A DNA stretch of 63,972 nucleotides, counting the filler, from Klebsormidium nitens (taxonomy: Eukaryota; Plantae; Klebsormidiophyceae): assembly GCA_000708835.1 (NCBI GenBank). It is 9 parts of 9 records of this genome, joined end to end, with 100 filler letters (N's around TTAATTAATTAA, not from the genome) between each part and the next. Parts side by side here need not be neighbours in the genome. Positions count along the whole stretch, not along the records: positions 41,653 to 47,038 come from DF238429.1; positions 47,139 to 51,365 come from DF238412.1; positions 51,466 to 59,815 come from DF238126.1; 6 more parts are not named here. One strand, 5' to 3'. Below, piece after piece: positions 41,653 to 52,808 of this stretch. Position 1 is the first letter of the stretch. Every line of letters starts with the position of its first letter. The notes under the pieces are model-generated. The model was not told the DNA's origin. It worked only from the letters and a program-made list of their open reading frames with translations, and did no database searches. The position numbers and the translations under genes were made by a program.

Positions 41653-42900
41653 TTGAACATCCTTAAATTGCCACGTGTCACTTTTTTGACTCTTGAGACA
41701 GTTTGCGCAAAAGCTTGAACACCCCGAACATCTTTGAAACTGCCACGTGTCAGGGAAACTTTGTCTCTTGAGAAAGTTTGCGCAAAAGCCTGAACAGCCT
41801 GAACATCTTGAACGTGCTGAAACTGCCATGTGTCACTTTTTTGACTCTTGAGAAAGTTTGGGCAAAAGCCTGAACATCCTGAACATCTTGAACATCTTGA
41901 AACAGCCACGTGTCACTTTTTCGCCCGATGAGAAAGTTTGGGCAAAAGCTTGAACACCCTGAACATGGCCGGCGGGCCGCCGAGAAAAATCATGGAATGT
42001 GTTACAAGTTTGCGCAAATCCCTGAACACCCTGAACACGCCATGGAGATCTGTGGAGAGGAGAACTCACCTGCCACACAAAGCGTACATCTGATCGACTA
42101 AATGGCTGCCCCCCATGTCGCCTTGGAAGGCCCAGTAGTCCACGAACCGCTTGTCCAGCGTGCGGCAGACGCTGAGATCATCGGGGGCCACCGGAGCCGT
42201 CTCACCGCCCAGCATGCTCTCGAAGCGAGTCAGCTTCCCGATCTGCCGCATGGGACGGGCCTCCGAGCACTCGCCGCTGCTGCAGTGGTACAGAAGAGCG
42301 CGGTCCCGCACGAGCACCGCAAAAGTGTTGCTCCCGCTGTGGTCGGCCCCATAGGGGCATCGGCGCTCCCCGTCGACTCGGAAGACGTACATCGAACCGG
42401 CGGCGGAGCGCTTCATCTTGTCAAAGCGGGAAGTCGTGTCCCCGTGCTTTGCAAGGCATGCTTTGATCCGCTCCAGCACGGCCGGTTCCGGAGCAACCTC
42501 CGCCTCTCCGGTGCTCGTCGAGGCCGGTGCAGTCCAGAAGGGATCGTGCCGAACCGATTCTCTGAGAGAAAGGACGACTTCTTTCAGACTTGGGCGCAAT
42601 CTTGAAACGAGCTCAGCTCTCAAGGTCGACCCATTGTAGGAATGTCACATTGATAAAAAAATGCCACGTGTCTTTTTGTGCACGCAAGAAGTTTGGGCAA
42701 AAGCCTGAACATGCTGAACATGGCTGGCCACCAACCCCCTGGAAAATCCAACTTGCCACTTTCGTGCCCTGTGAGAAAGTTTGGGCAAAAGCCTGAACAT
42801 CTTGAACAAGCCCCTCGATAGCAGATAGATTCCTCGACAGGGATCGAAGCCGTAAGAAATTTTGGGCAAAACCCTGAACACCCTGAACACGCCGTGGAGA
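41653..42900 (-). repeat. 65-80-bp minisatellite family (TTTG[C/G]GCAAA, CACGTG, tandem TGTTCA[A/G]G), arrays at 41653-42040 and 42650-42900
   Basis: Repeated GAGAAAGTTTG(G/C)GCAAAAGC(C/T)TGAACA...GCCACGTGTC on the + strand. Confidence 0.9.
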
Positions 42901-43658
42901 ATTGTGGAGAGCAAGTAGATGGCAACGACGAGTCCATGAGACATAGGGAACGGAGCTTGGGAAAATCTCTCTCACCTGGCGGCCGCGCCTTCCCCGTTGA
43001 TGAATGAGATCAACCACTGGGGCATGGACCGCAGATTCGACCGGTCGGGCTTGATCTCCTCCAGCCAAGTGTACGCCAGCTGGGCGCCGTCTGCGGCAGC
43101 ATAGCAGCTCGGGGCGCAATAGAGCATGCCACCATCTCCGCGAGTATCTATCCCGACCCTCTTCGGACCCTCTGACCCTGTGTCCCTCTGACCCTTCCAC
43201 TTGAGTTTGTTCCTGCATCCTCCGCTGATCAGCCCTACGTCTAGAGAGGCTCTGAGCGAGAAGAGCAAGTGCACGCCGCCGCTCCCCGTCCGTTCCTTGG
43301 GTGTATCGCTCGGCAGGCACCCGTTCTCCTCGAGCATCTCCTGAAAAGCTGCAGCTCCGTTGTCCTTTAGATCTACATCGACCGCGTACACATCCGAGGC
43401 GGATCCGGTGATCATGGCGAGCGAGTTGTGTCTCGGCTTGACGTACTCTTTCAGGCAGTTGTCCAAGCGGCATGCGCCCCATCTCGAGGGCAATCCGCGC
43501 GGCGTCTTGACCCCCATCGAGTTGACGGAGAGGTCCACGGACAGCGTAGGCACCCCCATACTATGGAAGTGCCGCGCTGCGTCCAAGCACGGGTCCTGGT
43601 CTGCGGCGGCAGGGGCTGGGGGCACCTCCAACGGCTCGTCGGGCTTCTCAACGTCCAT
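42070..43658 (-). CDS. Intron-split Prim-Pol (bifunctional primase/polymerase) plus Cys/His domain protein, paralog of the 53-56 kb primase-helicase; exons 42976-43658 and ~42070-42618; 3' part not in this contig
   Basis: LAMITG, AVDVD, RTGSGGVHLLF, IDTRGDGG (Prim-Pol). RRCPYGADHSGSN...YHCSSGECSE aligns by eye with RTCIHGHQHDGSN...YRCFGIECSE. GT donors at 42975 and 42069; the acceptor at 42618 is weak (GAG). Confidence 0.75.
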
Positions 43659-44279
43659 CTACGCAGGTTGGGACTTACAGAGTTCAATATGCTGCTTCAA
43701 GGCATCACATGGGCCAACCGGTGCATCTCGCTGAATGAGCAAGATTGTGAGCAGGACCTAGACGCCCACAGATACACGCATTGCAGGAGGAATCCAAAGG
43801 TTTTCACTGTACTTTTGCAATCCTTTGGCCAAGGGTTTGGATCTTCTGTGTAACGTGGGTGTCTATAAATTGCCTTGTGACCGTTCAATCACCTGGGCCC
43901 AAGCAAGACCACCATGGTGTAGGACCGACCTGCACCTTGTTCAACGTGTTCAGGCTTTTGCCTAAACTTTTCCAAAATCGTTGTAGCGGGCCAAGAAGAG
44001 TTCATCTTGCTCACATGGTCCGGCAAGGGTGCCATACGGGCTTCGACTTCTTGCTCTGTGCTCATAGCCACGGGCGGTGTGACTTCCCTTAGTGGAGCTC
44101 GGATCTATAAAATGAGAATAAGGTCGTGAAGATTTGGGCGATTGGGTCATCATTGGAGGGGCTTAAGAAATGGCAGAGCCTGAATGTTGCAGGCTTCTGG
44201 CACGCGGCCGCTCCTAGAGTTGAACCAGGGATTGCGAGGCTCCGTCAGCACCAACAGCCACAAAAAACGATTGCCTTAC

Positions 44280-45268
44280 CTTTTTTGGAATATCAATCCG
44301 GCAAACGTCCCCAAAGTACTGCAGCATTGCATCGTCATCCGACTTTTGATCCTCCGTAAAAGGGGGACCATCGAGCTCGGGTTGGGAGAGATCCACAGGG
44401 GCCTCGTTGCCAATTGCCTCCGTCTGCACCTCCTCTGTCTCTGGGGCCGTTTTCGGTTCCGATACTCGGGAGGTCTCCAGCTGATATGACCTGCGTCTTG
44501 ACGGTGCAGCATGGCTTGCCTCACCCACAGGCAACCGGCGCTTTGCGATGCGGTTTGCGAGCTCGTCTTCCTTCATCTCTGCGTCCATCTGCGCATAAGC
44601 TATGAGAGGGTCGACCGGTTCTTGGGTCGAGTTGTCCATCATGTCCTGGTCCTGGGAGGTCTCCTCATCCTCGGACTCCTCCTGACGATCGAATTCGACC
44701 CCTTCGTTATCCTCCCTATCCGGCTCCGGAACCTGCTTCTCTTCTTCCGACTCTGTTTCGTCCTCCTGCACAAAGTTGCGGAGAGGTGGTGACATTAGAT
44801 GCATGTCTAACCCTTGCAAACGTTCCACATGCTTCACATGTCGTCGGTGCTCGACGAAAGGCACAGACTTTCTAAGATGCACGCGTTCTTTTGAGTCTTG
44901 AAAGAAGAGTCCGGATACCACGAGAAAACACCAAAGACTCGTTGCCTCAGTGCATTGAGAGACTCTGTCGTGAAAACTTTCCATAAAATGATTTGATTCT
45001 CTGCTCAGGTTCTCCTCCGGGTGGAGCGTTTGCGAAGCCACCTCGTCCACGGGAGCTTGCTTAGGCGGTTGCAGCTCTCCACCAGGAGGCTTCATTGACA
45101 GCTGGGCTTGCAAACCAGCGGTGGCTCCTTCCAGTCCCGCAGTCGTGCGGTGAGCCTTTTGCGCCTTTTTTTTTTTTGCTGGTCGTCTCAGCTCAGCGAT
45201 GGGAGCGTCGTCATCTGACGAGCAGCCTGCTGGTCTATCTGACGAACTGTTCACCTCTTCGATAGCCT
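44280..45268 (-). CDS. Acidic low-complexity hypothetical protein exon(s)
   Basis: 353-aa open frame with an acceptor (ttgcAG) near 45268 and a GTAAGG donor at 44279. Exon structure downstream is unresolved. Confidence 0.45.
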
Positions 45269-45488
45269 GCAACATGAAACATTGGACGTAACGTTAGCAA
45301 GCCTATTGTGTGTTTCTTCCCCTCGAGAGAGGTGAGGCATGTTAATATGCAGAGGGGTTGGAAGAGGAAAAACCTAGGAGCTGGCGCCCTGGAGCACGGG
45401 ACTCGGAGCTCAGCAGACCAAACACCGCTGGAGGTTGGCGCAACCTAAGATGTGTCAAGCGGGCTGGCGCCATGTGCAGCCTGGAGTC

Positions 45489-45850
45489 AAACTTCTGCGC
45501 AAACTTTCTCCCGGGGCAGAAAGAAACACGTGGCAGAACTTTTAGGATGTTTAAGGTGTTCAAGCTTTTGCGCAAACTTTCCACCGAGGCGGAAATAAAA
45601 CATGTGGCAGTTTCAGGATGTTCAAGGTGTTCCGAAGTTCAAGCTTTTGCGCAAATTTCTACCAGGGCGAAAAGAAACACGTGGCAGTTTCTGGATGTTC
45701 AAGCTGCTCAAGCTCTGCGCAAACTTTCTCCACGGTGCAAAAAGAGCGGCACGGTGGCAGTTCTAGAGAGGGCATCCTGGCATGTTCAGGCTGTTCAGAC
45801 TTTTGCCCGGACTTTCTCCCGGAGCGAAAAGAGCACTTGGCAGTGGCAAT
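45489..45850 (+). repeat. Same minisatellite family as 41.6-42.9 kb, ~5 units, opposite orientation (a single copy also at ~43943-43970)
   Basis: GTTCAAGCTTTTGCGCAAACTTTC...AAACACGTGGCAGTTTC repeated on the + strand. Confidence 0.88.
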
Positions 45851-47282
45851 TTTATGTCGGATGTGTAGGCTTTTGTGCATTTGTTTCTAGACCTCGTTCT
45901 CAAGCACCTCTGTGTGTCATTCACACAAGCAATCTGGTTCTAAGGAAATTCTGGCCTTACGGTGTGCTCTTGCAACTCACCTGCTGGTTTTTCAAGAGGC
46001 GAGCGCTCGGTCCTTCAGCAGCTTCATGCTGAGCCTCTACGGTTGGAATCACAGATAGGCGCAGATTTCTTTGGAACTCTGCAAATTTTTCCATGGATTG
46101 CAGGCCATGAAGCGGTCGCGATGCCATGCTTTGCACCGTGCGCTGAGATGTAAAGCTTTGAGCCGGCAGTGCTGCACGCACTGGTCCTGCACATCTAGCG
46201 CTCCTGAGCGGCTGGTCGGCAGCGAGTTTGAAAGAAAAGACGAAGGAGAGTGCCGATTTGGAGCAGAGTTCCTCGCCAATCGGAGCTTCTGGAACGTGTT
46301 GGCTGCCCGCCGAGCGTGCCAAGTCAGCTTCGGCGGCCCGCCGGGAAGCAAACCGCAACCGCTTTTAGCAAAAACGTCGGCGCGCGATCAGACGGTTGGA
46401 ATTCGACGCGGTCTGCAGCGGACGGTCCCGAAGCATGCAGTCACTCAGTGCTAGGCTAGGGATCCCAGCGGAAAACCGCCTCGGGGCACGGAAAGACCCG
46501 AGACCCCGCTCCAAGCAAAGGACCCGGCTGACTGGCCCCAAGACTCGCACTTTCGGGCCGGGGGGTCCCATTCGAACCTTTCAATACCCGGTGGCATCTA
46601 CCGGCTAGATCCCTGCGGAAAAATACCTCGGGGCAGGCCGCGGACATGCATTCCGAACCGGTCGCTGCCCCGACGTCCCACACTGCGCCAATCCCGAGAG
46701 AAAAGGTGCGCGGTCATGCTCGCGCACCTCAACACGTGCCCTGCCCTTCCAGCACACTGCGCTATAACACACTTTATCTTGAAGTCTAGATATATGGTAT
46801 TGCTCTTGCTCTGGTGTTGTGGTGAAGTGGTGTCGGAGTTGGTGAGGATCCGGATCCGGGATTCGGATCCCGAACGCAATCTCTTTGGGCCAACATGCCA
46901 TTATGTTTTTTTCCCGTGACGTCACGGGGCACCTTGACTGACGTGGGAAAAACATTATTCTGAGGATGTAAGGGATTTGGGGTTCAGATTTTTCCAGCAA
47001 GCCAAATGAAGTTCGGTGTTAAATTTGAGCCACTCAAANNNNNNNNNNNNNNNNNNNNNNNNNNNNNNNNNNNNNNNNNNNNTTAATTAATTAANNNNNN
47101 NNNNNNNNNNNNNNNNNNNNNNNNNNNNNNNNNNNNNNAGCAGGGGGCCGGAGAAGGGGCCAGGCGAGGGGGCAGCAGAGAGTGGCAAGGAAGCCAATGG
47201 AAGACAGGAGAAGGGGCCACCAGAGAACAGCAAGGAACAGCAGGGAACAGCAGGGGGTTGGGCTGAGACACTTCTGAGAGAC

Positions 47283-48833
47283 GTGATAATGGAAAATCAG
47301 AGGATCCTCTCCGCAAAGATAATGGGGGACTTGGAAGCGACCAAGGCTACCAAGAATGTGGAAGCGGAACAGTTAAAAGTGAAGGCGAAAGAGTTGGCAG
47401 TACGGAACACGCTCATAAAGCGCACATGGGGATATTACAATGACGAGGTCTGCCCCCAGATCGTGAAGAGACTTCGAGAAAGGAGGGAGAAGAAAGGTGG
47501 TGATCTCACTGTTGAAGAGGAGGACGCCGTGAGGAGAGAGACGCTGAGGAGATTCATGACTTCGGAACAGATCAACTTCATCTTCCCTCAGGCAGGTAAC
47601 ACAAACTGTCTCTAGCATCTCTGTGCGATATAGGCCCCTGACTGTCTCTAGCACCTCTATGCGATATAGGCTCCTGATGTCCATCATACTTGCTGTCGTC
47701 TTGCTTTGCTTAGTCGGTTCTTGCTCTGTCTACAGGCGCCACTCACGCTGGGACATAGAGACATTCTCTTCGTCGAAGCACCGCGCCCGCAGCAACTTCT
47801 AATCAGGGTACGTAGGTTGTTCCAGAACACCCCTACTCCATGCAGATAGACCTTAGCTGGCATCTAAAGTGTGGAAATATGTCATTCAAATCAGTGAATC
47901 TGTCTTGAACCTCTATTTTCGTCTTCCGACTTATCTCATTGCTTATGGATGCAGGAGATGACGCCGGAAGTACACGGTGAGCAGGCGGCGGAGCAGGATG
48001 TTCAGAATGAGCAGGAGGCGGAGCAGGGTGAGCAGGGTGAGCAGGAGGGTGAGCAGGAGGCGGAGCAGGGTGAGCAGGGTGAGCAGGAGGGTGAGCAGGA
48101 GGCGGAGCAGGGTGAGCAGGGTGAGCAGGGTGAGCAGGAGCAGGGTGAGCAGGGTGAGCAGGAGGCGGAGCAGGCGGCGGAGCAGGGGGAGGAGGCGGCG
48201 GAGCAGGGTGAGCAGGAGGCGGAGCAGGATGTTCAGGGTGAGCAGGAGGCGGAGCAGGGAGTGCAGGATGTTCAGGGTGAGCAGGCGGCGGAGGAGGGTG
48301 AGCAGGCGGTGGAGCAGGGTGAGCAGGGTGAGCAGGAAGGTGAGCAGGAGGGTGAGCAGGGTGAGCAGGAGGCGGAGCGTGAAGTACCCACTGAGTTCAA
48401 GTCGGCGGGGTCAGGATACGATTTTTCAGCAGTGCAATCAGAGACATCTACGGGGGCTAGAGCAGAGCAGACACTTTTACCAGTAGAGGACGTAGAGCGA
48501 GAGGTCAGATCGGAGCAGCAACTGGAACATCGATTGGAGGGTGACGAGCAGAGGAAAGAGAGAGAGGTTGCGGAGGCGATCCAGTCACTGGGTGATAGAC
48601 AAGTGGATCGTTCACGTCTGTTGCGTTTGGTAGAAGAGTACAAGGCGAGGGCTTGTGGTGGTGAAGTCACATGCCCTGCAGAGTGTCCGCCTGGAACGAT
48701 AGGCAAACAGGCGACCAAACATAATAAAACACAGATGCATAGATTCTTTGTGTACAAAAAATTGGAAAGTCAATATCCCTTTTGGAAGGAAGAATTTCTT
48801 CAAGTCTTAGGAATAACGAAGAATGGGTTGTAA
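47283..48833 (+). CDS. Multi-exon hypothetical protein with a Glu/Gln/Gly repeat tract (EQG/EQE; 9-bp GAGCAGGGT repeats ~47983-48380)
   Basis: Open frames 47283-47594 and ~47963-48833 with GT/AG sites and a candidate small exon at ~47736-47807. Confidence 0.55.
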
Positions 48834-49080
48834 AAACAAGAATATTAGTGCCCATCCGTCACAATAACATTGACCAGTCTTCTTTCATCATCTACAGAGT
48901 GAGAATGACGTAGCCATGTACTGCATGAGAGCAAAGCATCTTTTAGCGTCCGTGATTTTTACGCATGGTAGCGAATGGAGAACATGATGCAGAATGCGAT
49001 GGTATTTCCATTGATGGGATACTCTAGGAGCGGTATTTACCCGGCCGGCTCGGGCATCATGTATGCGAACGTGTTGAACA

Positions 49081-50077
49081 TCAAGCGCTGCGTAACTTCC
49101 ATATCAGACCCGCTGAGCAAGCACACAGATTGACCAGGACGAAATTGCTCGTCTTACTTCCTTCGCGTATGTCCATCAACATGTCAAAGACAGACAATGC
49201 GAACAGGAACATGAGTCCCCTCGGATACGCATGGTAGAGGATGGCGAACACTATGCAGAATGCGATGGCATGTCCGTTGATGGGATACTCTATGAGCGGT
49301 ATCTGCCCGGCCGGCTCGGACATCATGTATGCGAACGTGGTGCCCTGTTCGTTCATGGGGATGCGATCGAACAGTACGTTCAAGAGATAGGGCGGCTTGG
49401 CTGCTATCTGCGATACGGAGACGCGTTGATCTTGAAACACTATGGGCGGATTTGCAGAGTACACTCGCATGTCTCCCCTATCCAGCGTCAGGGCTATATC
49501 TACGTGGAAGCTCGCTCTCTCGAACCTGTCCAGAAGTATCTCAGCTCCCTTCCTGGACAGGACGTATGCGTGGAGGCCCGTGGTGAATCCAGGGATGCTG
49601 AGGTGCTCGGAGAAATGTACCGCCCGATCTGGCCAACCTCGCGAGAGGACGGTCGCCCATCCGGTCTCGAACGCCGTGACCGAGTCGTCCGGGTTGCAGA
49701 ACTGAAAGCATCCCAATAGCAGCATGTCGAAGTCTTCCGGCAATTCCAGGGTTATGTCTTTGATGATGTCGCGAAAGTCTGGCCCGAATTCGGCGTCGTC
49801 TTCCAGGATGAGGGCGCTACTCAGGTCTCTCTCCACGATCTGCCTCTTAAGCGTTGCGGTGCGACAAGAAGCACCCTATGGTGGCGGGGGTACAGAAGGC
49901 CGCGCACATGCCAGTCGAGTCGCGTCGGACGAGCCCCGCTGACATCTCGGACCCGTCCACCCCATCCAGCCGGCGCGCCGACATGCCCATCTTACCCAGC
50001 TTGGAGCGCATGTCGGCCCATCTATCTCTGGAACGCCGGAGGTTCAGGACGAAGACCTCTTCCCATGGTACGTTCAT
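49081..50077 (-). pseudogene. Glycosyltransferase family 25 (giant-virus type) with C-terminal membrane segments; stop and frameshift at ~49847-49850
   Basis: VFVLNL..SRDRW, DGVDG, IGCFLSH (first frame); ALILEDD, DMLLLG, HAYVLSRKGA, HVD (second frame). The junction reads GCT TAAG AGG where a Trp codon is expected. Confidence 0.82.
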
Positions 50078-50152
50078 GCTGTTGCTATTGAGTCTTGGAA
50101 ATTTTTGTCGCAATATAGGCAGCGATCTGAGCTCGATCGTGGGCATATCGAG

Positions 50153-50920
50153 ATGTCTTCTCCGTGGCCCCTTAGAAGCGACGCCGCGTGTTGGTGGTGT
50201 TGTCACCAGTTCGACACCATACCGATACCCCTGCCGGTACACTACGACGAAGCGCGGAACGTCTTTCAATGCATGGGGACCTTTTGCTCGTTCGGCTGTG
50301 CAAAGGCTTTCAATCTCAGTCGAAACAGCGTCAAGAGAGACAGGACGTGTACCCTACTCACGTTGTTTCGTAACAAGGTTATCAAGAAAGATGCCTCCTA
50401 CCCGTTGTGGAATTCACCTGACTCTTTCGGCATAAGGGCGGCGGGTGACAGATACTCGCTGCGCTTGTTTGGGGGGCCGAAGAGCATAGAAGAGTTCCGC
50501 GAGGGGATGGACGTGCTGGTCCACGAGTCCGAGGCAGACGCCCTCTCGAACGTTTCCGTGCAGAGATCTAGAGAGGTGGGCGTCATCTATCAGCCGGATC
50601 TGGGCCTCGAGAATCGCCAAAAGTCCTTCCTCGAAGGTCACGACGAGTACGACACGACGGAAGCTTTCGAGACCATCACGAGCGAAGGTCATACTAGAAG
50701 AGGTAGAAAACGAAAGGGCGAAGCTCCGGAAGCTAGCACTAAGAGGGGTACTGCGCTGCTCGCTATAGACGAGAAGAAGGAAGCTCAGATACTGTCTGAT
50801 ATCAGGGAGGGTACGGCCATAAAGAACCAGCCTTACAAGTTGAAGAGATCCCTGCCGCTCCCCAGAGAGAACAGCACTCTCTTCTCGACGATGAAGATCG
50901 AGATCCAACCGAGACCATGA
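50153..50920 (+). CDS. VLTF2: Viral late transcription factor 2-like protein (poxvirus A1L / Nucleocytoviricota VLTF2), intronless, ~255 aa
   Basis: CWWCCHQF..P.PLP..Y....F...GTFCSFGCAKAF zinc-finger signature near the N-terminus. Confidence 0.82.
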   Translation: MSSPWPLRSDAACWWCCHQFDTIPIPLPVHYDEARNVFQCMGTFCSFGCAKAFNLSRNSVKRDRTCTLLTLFRNKVIKKDASYPLWNSPDSFGIRAAGDRYSLRLFGGPKSIEEFREGMDVLVHESEADALSNVSVQRSREVGVIYQPDLGLENRQKSFLEGHDEYDTTEAFETITSEGHTRRGRKRKGEAPEASTKRGTALLAIDEKKEAQILSDIREGTAIKNQPYKLKRSLPLPRENSTLFSTMKIEIQPRP

Positions 50921-51069
50921 CCATCCATTGCCAATAGTTGTCGAGACCTAAGCAATCCGTTCCAAGATTTGCCACCGCCTTTACAACAAATCTCGCTGCG
51001 GATCAGGACCCCAAGAGATGGTGCGTCGACTTAGGGCACCCATCGAATACGTAGAAATCAAACCACGGC

Positions 51070-51365
51070 ATGATGATGCTCACGGCGAGCTCCGAGCGCG
51101 TTCGGCAAGCAGCGGCGAGATGCTCGCGCGATCTATGGCCGCATCAGCTTGCGATTATACACCGCTGTATGAAGCTCGAGTATGAGGGGTGCGTGTTTGG
51201 GACCCTATGCGACTCGCCTGGAGTTGGTAAGACGCATGCCGTACTAGGGCTGGTGGCCGCGTCGTCCGGCAAAGGCTTGACCGTGATCACAGTACCACAT
51301 AACTTGTTCTCGCAGTGGTTACTCGCGCTAGCAGAATTTGAGCTAAAGGCGCTGACCATCGTGAA
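51070..51365 (+). CDS. N-terminus of an SNF2/RAD5-like SF2 helicase (giant-virus type), cut by a gap
   Basis: LWPHQL (Q motif), GTLCDSPGVGKT (motif I), VITVPHNLFSQW (motif Ia). Confidence 0.75.
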
Positions 51366-51465
51366 NNNNNNNNNNNNNNNNNNNNNNNNNNNNNNNNNNN
51401 NNNNNNNNNTTAATTAATTAANNNNNNNNNNNNNNNNNNNNNNNNNNNNNNNNNNNNNNNNNNNN

Positions 51466-52620
51466 GGGCCCCTTCCCCCGGATCATCCCTAATGCCGTGA
51501 GCAACGAGAGCTAGGCTGCTACCCGCTTCCAGGATGGGAGCAGAAACGGCCCCTCCCGCAATACGAACCGTTCGAAGACGACCTCGGTAGGTCTCGCGAG
51601 TGCGACGAGGAGCACCGGTGTCGGAGCGGGCTCACCGTCGGGGAATTCGATGCCAAGGTCGCTCTGGAAAGCGGGATTAAGAAGAACAAGCGCCTGCAAT
51701 GGCACACGAAGGGCGGCTTCGTCTTCTGCTGTGGGCACCGCGTGATATACGGGTTTCACGTCATGCTCCGGGGGGAGTCGCCGCGAGACCCCTTCACCGT
51801 CCTCTACACCCGACTCAATCGGAAAAATCTTCCCCTGATCCTCGTCCACGACAACGCCTGCAAGCTGCGCGCCTACGCGATGCGGAGAGAGCCGGCGTTC
51901 TTTGCGGACGTTCGGTTCCTGGTCGATAGGTAAGATCCGAAGATTTGCGCAAACCAAGGGGCGGCTCTTGTTGAAAGCAACTCTGGTGATACTCCGTGCT
52001 GTTGCCATACAGCATTGCGCCTTTCTTCAGCTGTGCCTCGTTGTACCTTTTAGATTCTCATCTCGTGCTTGATCCTCGCAGATTCCACTTCCACCACACA
52101 ACCGCCGAGGCACACAAGTGTGGTTCATCATACAACACAGGTGAGAGACTGATGCATTTGCAAGGCACATGTGCTCTGACTCGTCTCATCCAGAGTGTGT
52201 ATGCAAAGAACGGCGGGTTTAGAATGAATCAGTCAAAAATGCCCTCTCTCTTCTATAGAATAGGGAGGCAAGTTCTGACTGCCTTTCAGAAGTGCATGTC
52301 TATGCAGCATTATTCCTCTACAAACGCCATGTCTCAAGGCTTTCCTATGATGAACTAATTAAATCCCCGTATTACGTGCAGACTACTACGACTCTGTGCG
52401 ATGGGTGAATACGTCGGCAGTGGAGTCGTGCAACGCATTCCTCGTCACCTTCAAGACGCAGGCGTGGTATAGCAGTCTCGTAGCGTTCATGATCATTCTC
52501 GCTAATCTAGTCAGCGGAAGGAATAGCGATCTAGCACGGGTTGACGAACCAAAGCTGCGCATTGCGGGCAGAGCGGACACATGGAGTCCGGCTGTACGGC
52601 AACGACTCTTGATGTACTGA
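51466..52620 (+). mobile_element. KDZ (Kyakuja-Dileera-Zisupton)-type transposase C-terminal region with introns (exons ..51929, 52082-52140, 52382-52620)
   Basis: Spliced frame: GGFVFCCGH...GESPRDPF...HDNACKL..Y...REP.FF...FLVDR|FHF....HKC...YN..|..NTSAVESCN. An in-frame TAA at 51490-51492 suggests decay or an exon boundary. Confidence 0.75.
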
Positions 52621-52808
52621 TGACCCTATTGAAACAAAGACATTCATCGAGAAGTCACTACGACTCGTACTTTTCATCAGATGCTGCATACATTCCACCA
52701 GCATCGATGTGCATAATGGATGGTCGTTATCATCAGCTGAAGATATGCCACTTCGGTGCAAACGAAAAAGATACTTGTGCTAGTGGCATGCCGTGCTAAG
52801 ATGGGGGC

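Noticed and set aside
41653-45850. CRISPR-like reading of the conserved repeat with a variable segment
   Set aside because: The variable part is only ~10 nt and related between units; no cas genes; eukaryotic context.
46540-46880. tRNA-like GGTTCGAAT on the minus strand and GGATCC palindromes
   Set aside because: No cloverleaf; short GC-rich palindromes are expected by chance.
47977-48757. Arg/Ser-rich (47977..48486 +) and Cys/Pro/Ser-rich (48272..48757 -) ORFs
   Set aside because: Alternative frames of the 9-bp repeat; the EQG frame is the one continuous with unique sequence.
50965-50993. AGATTTG/CAAATCT hairpin after VLTF2 as a giant-virus polyadenylation hairpin
   Set aside because: The stem is only 7 bp with a long loop; too weak.
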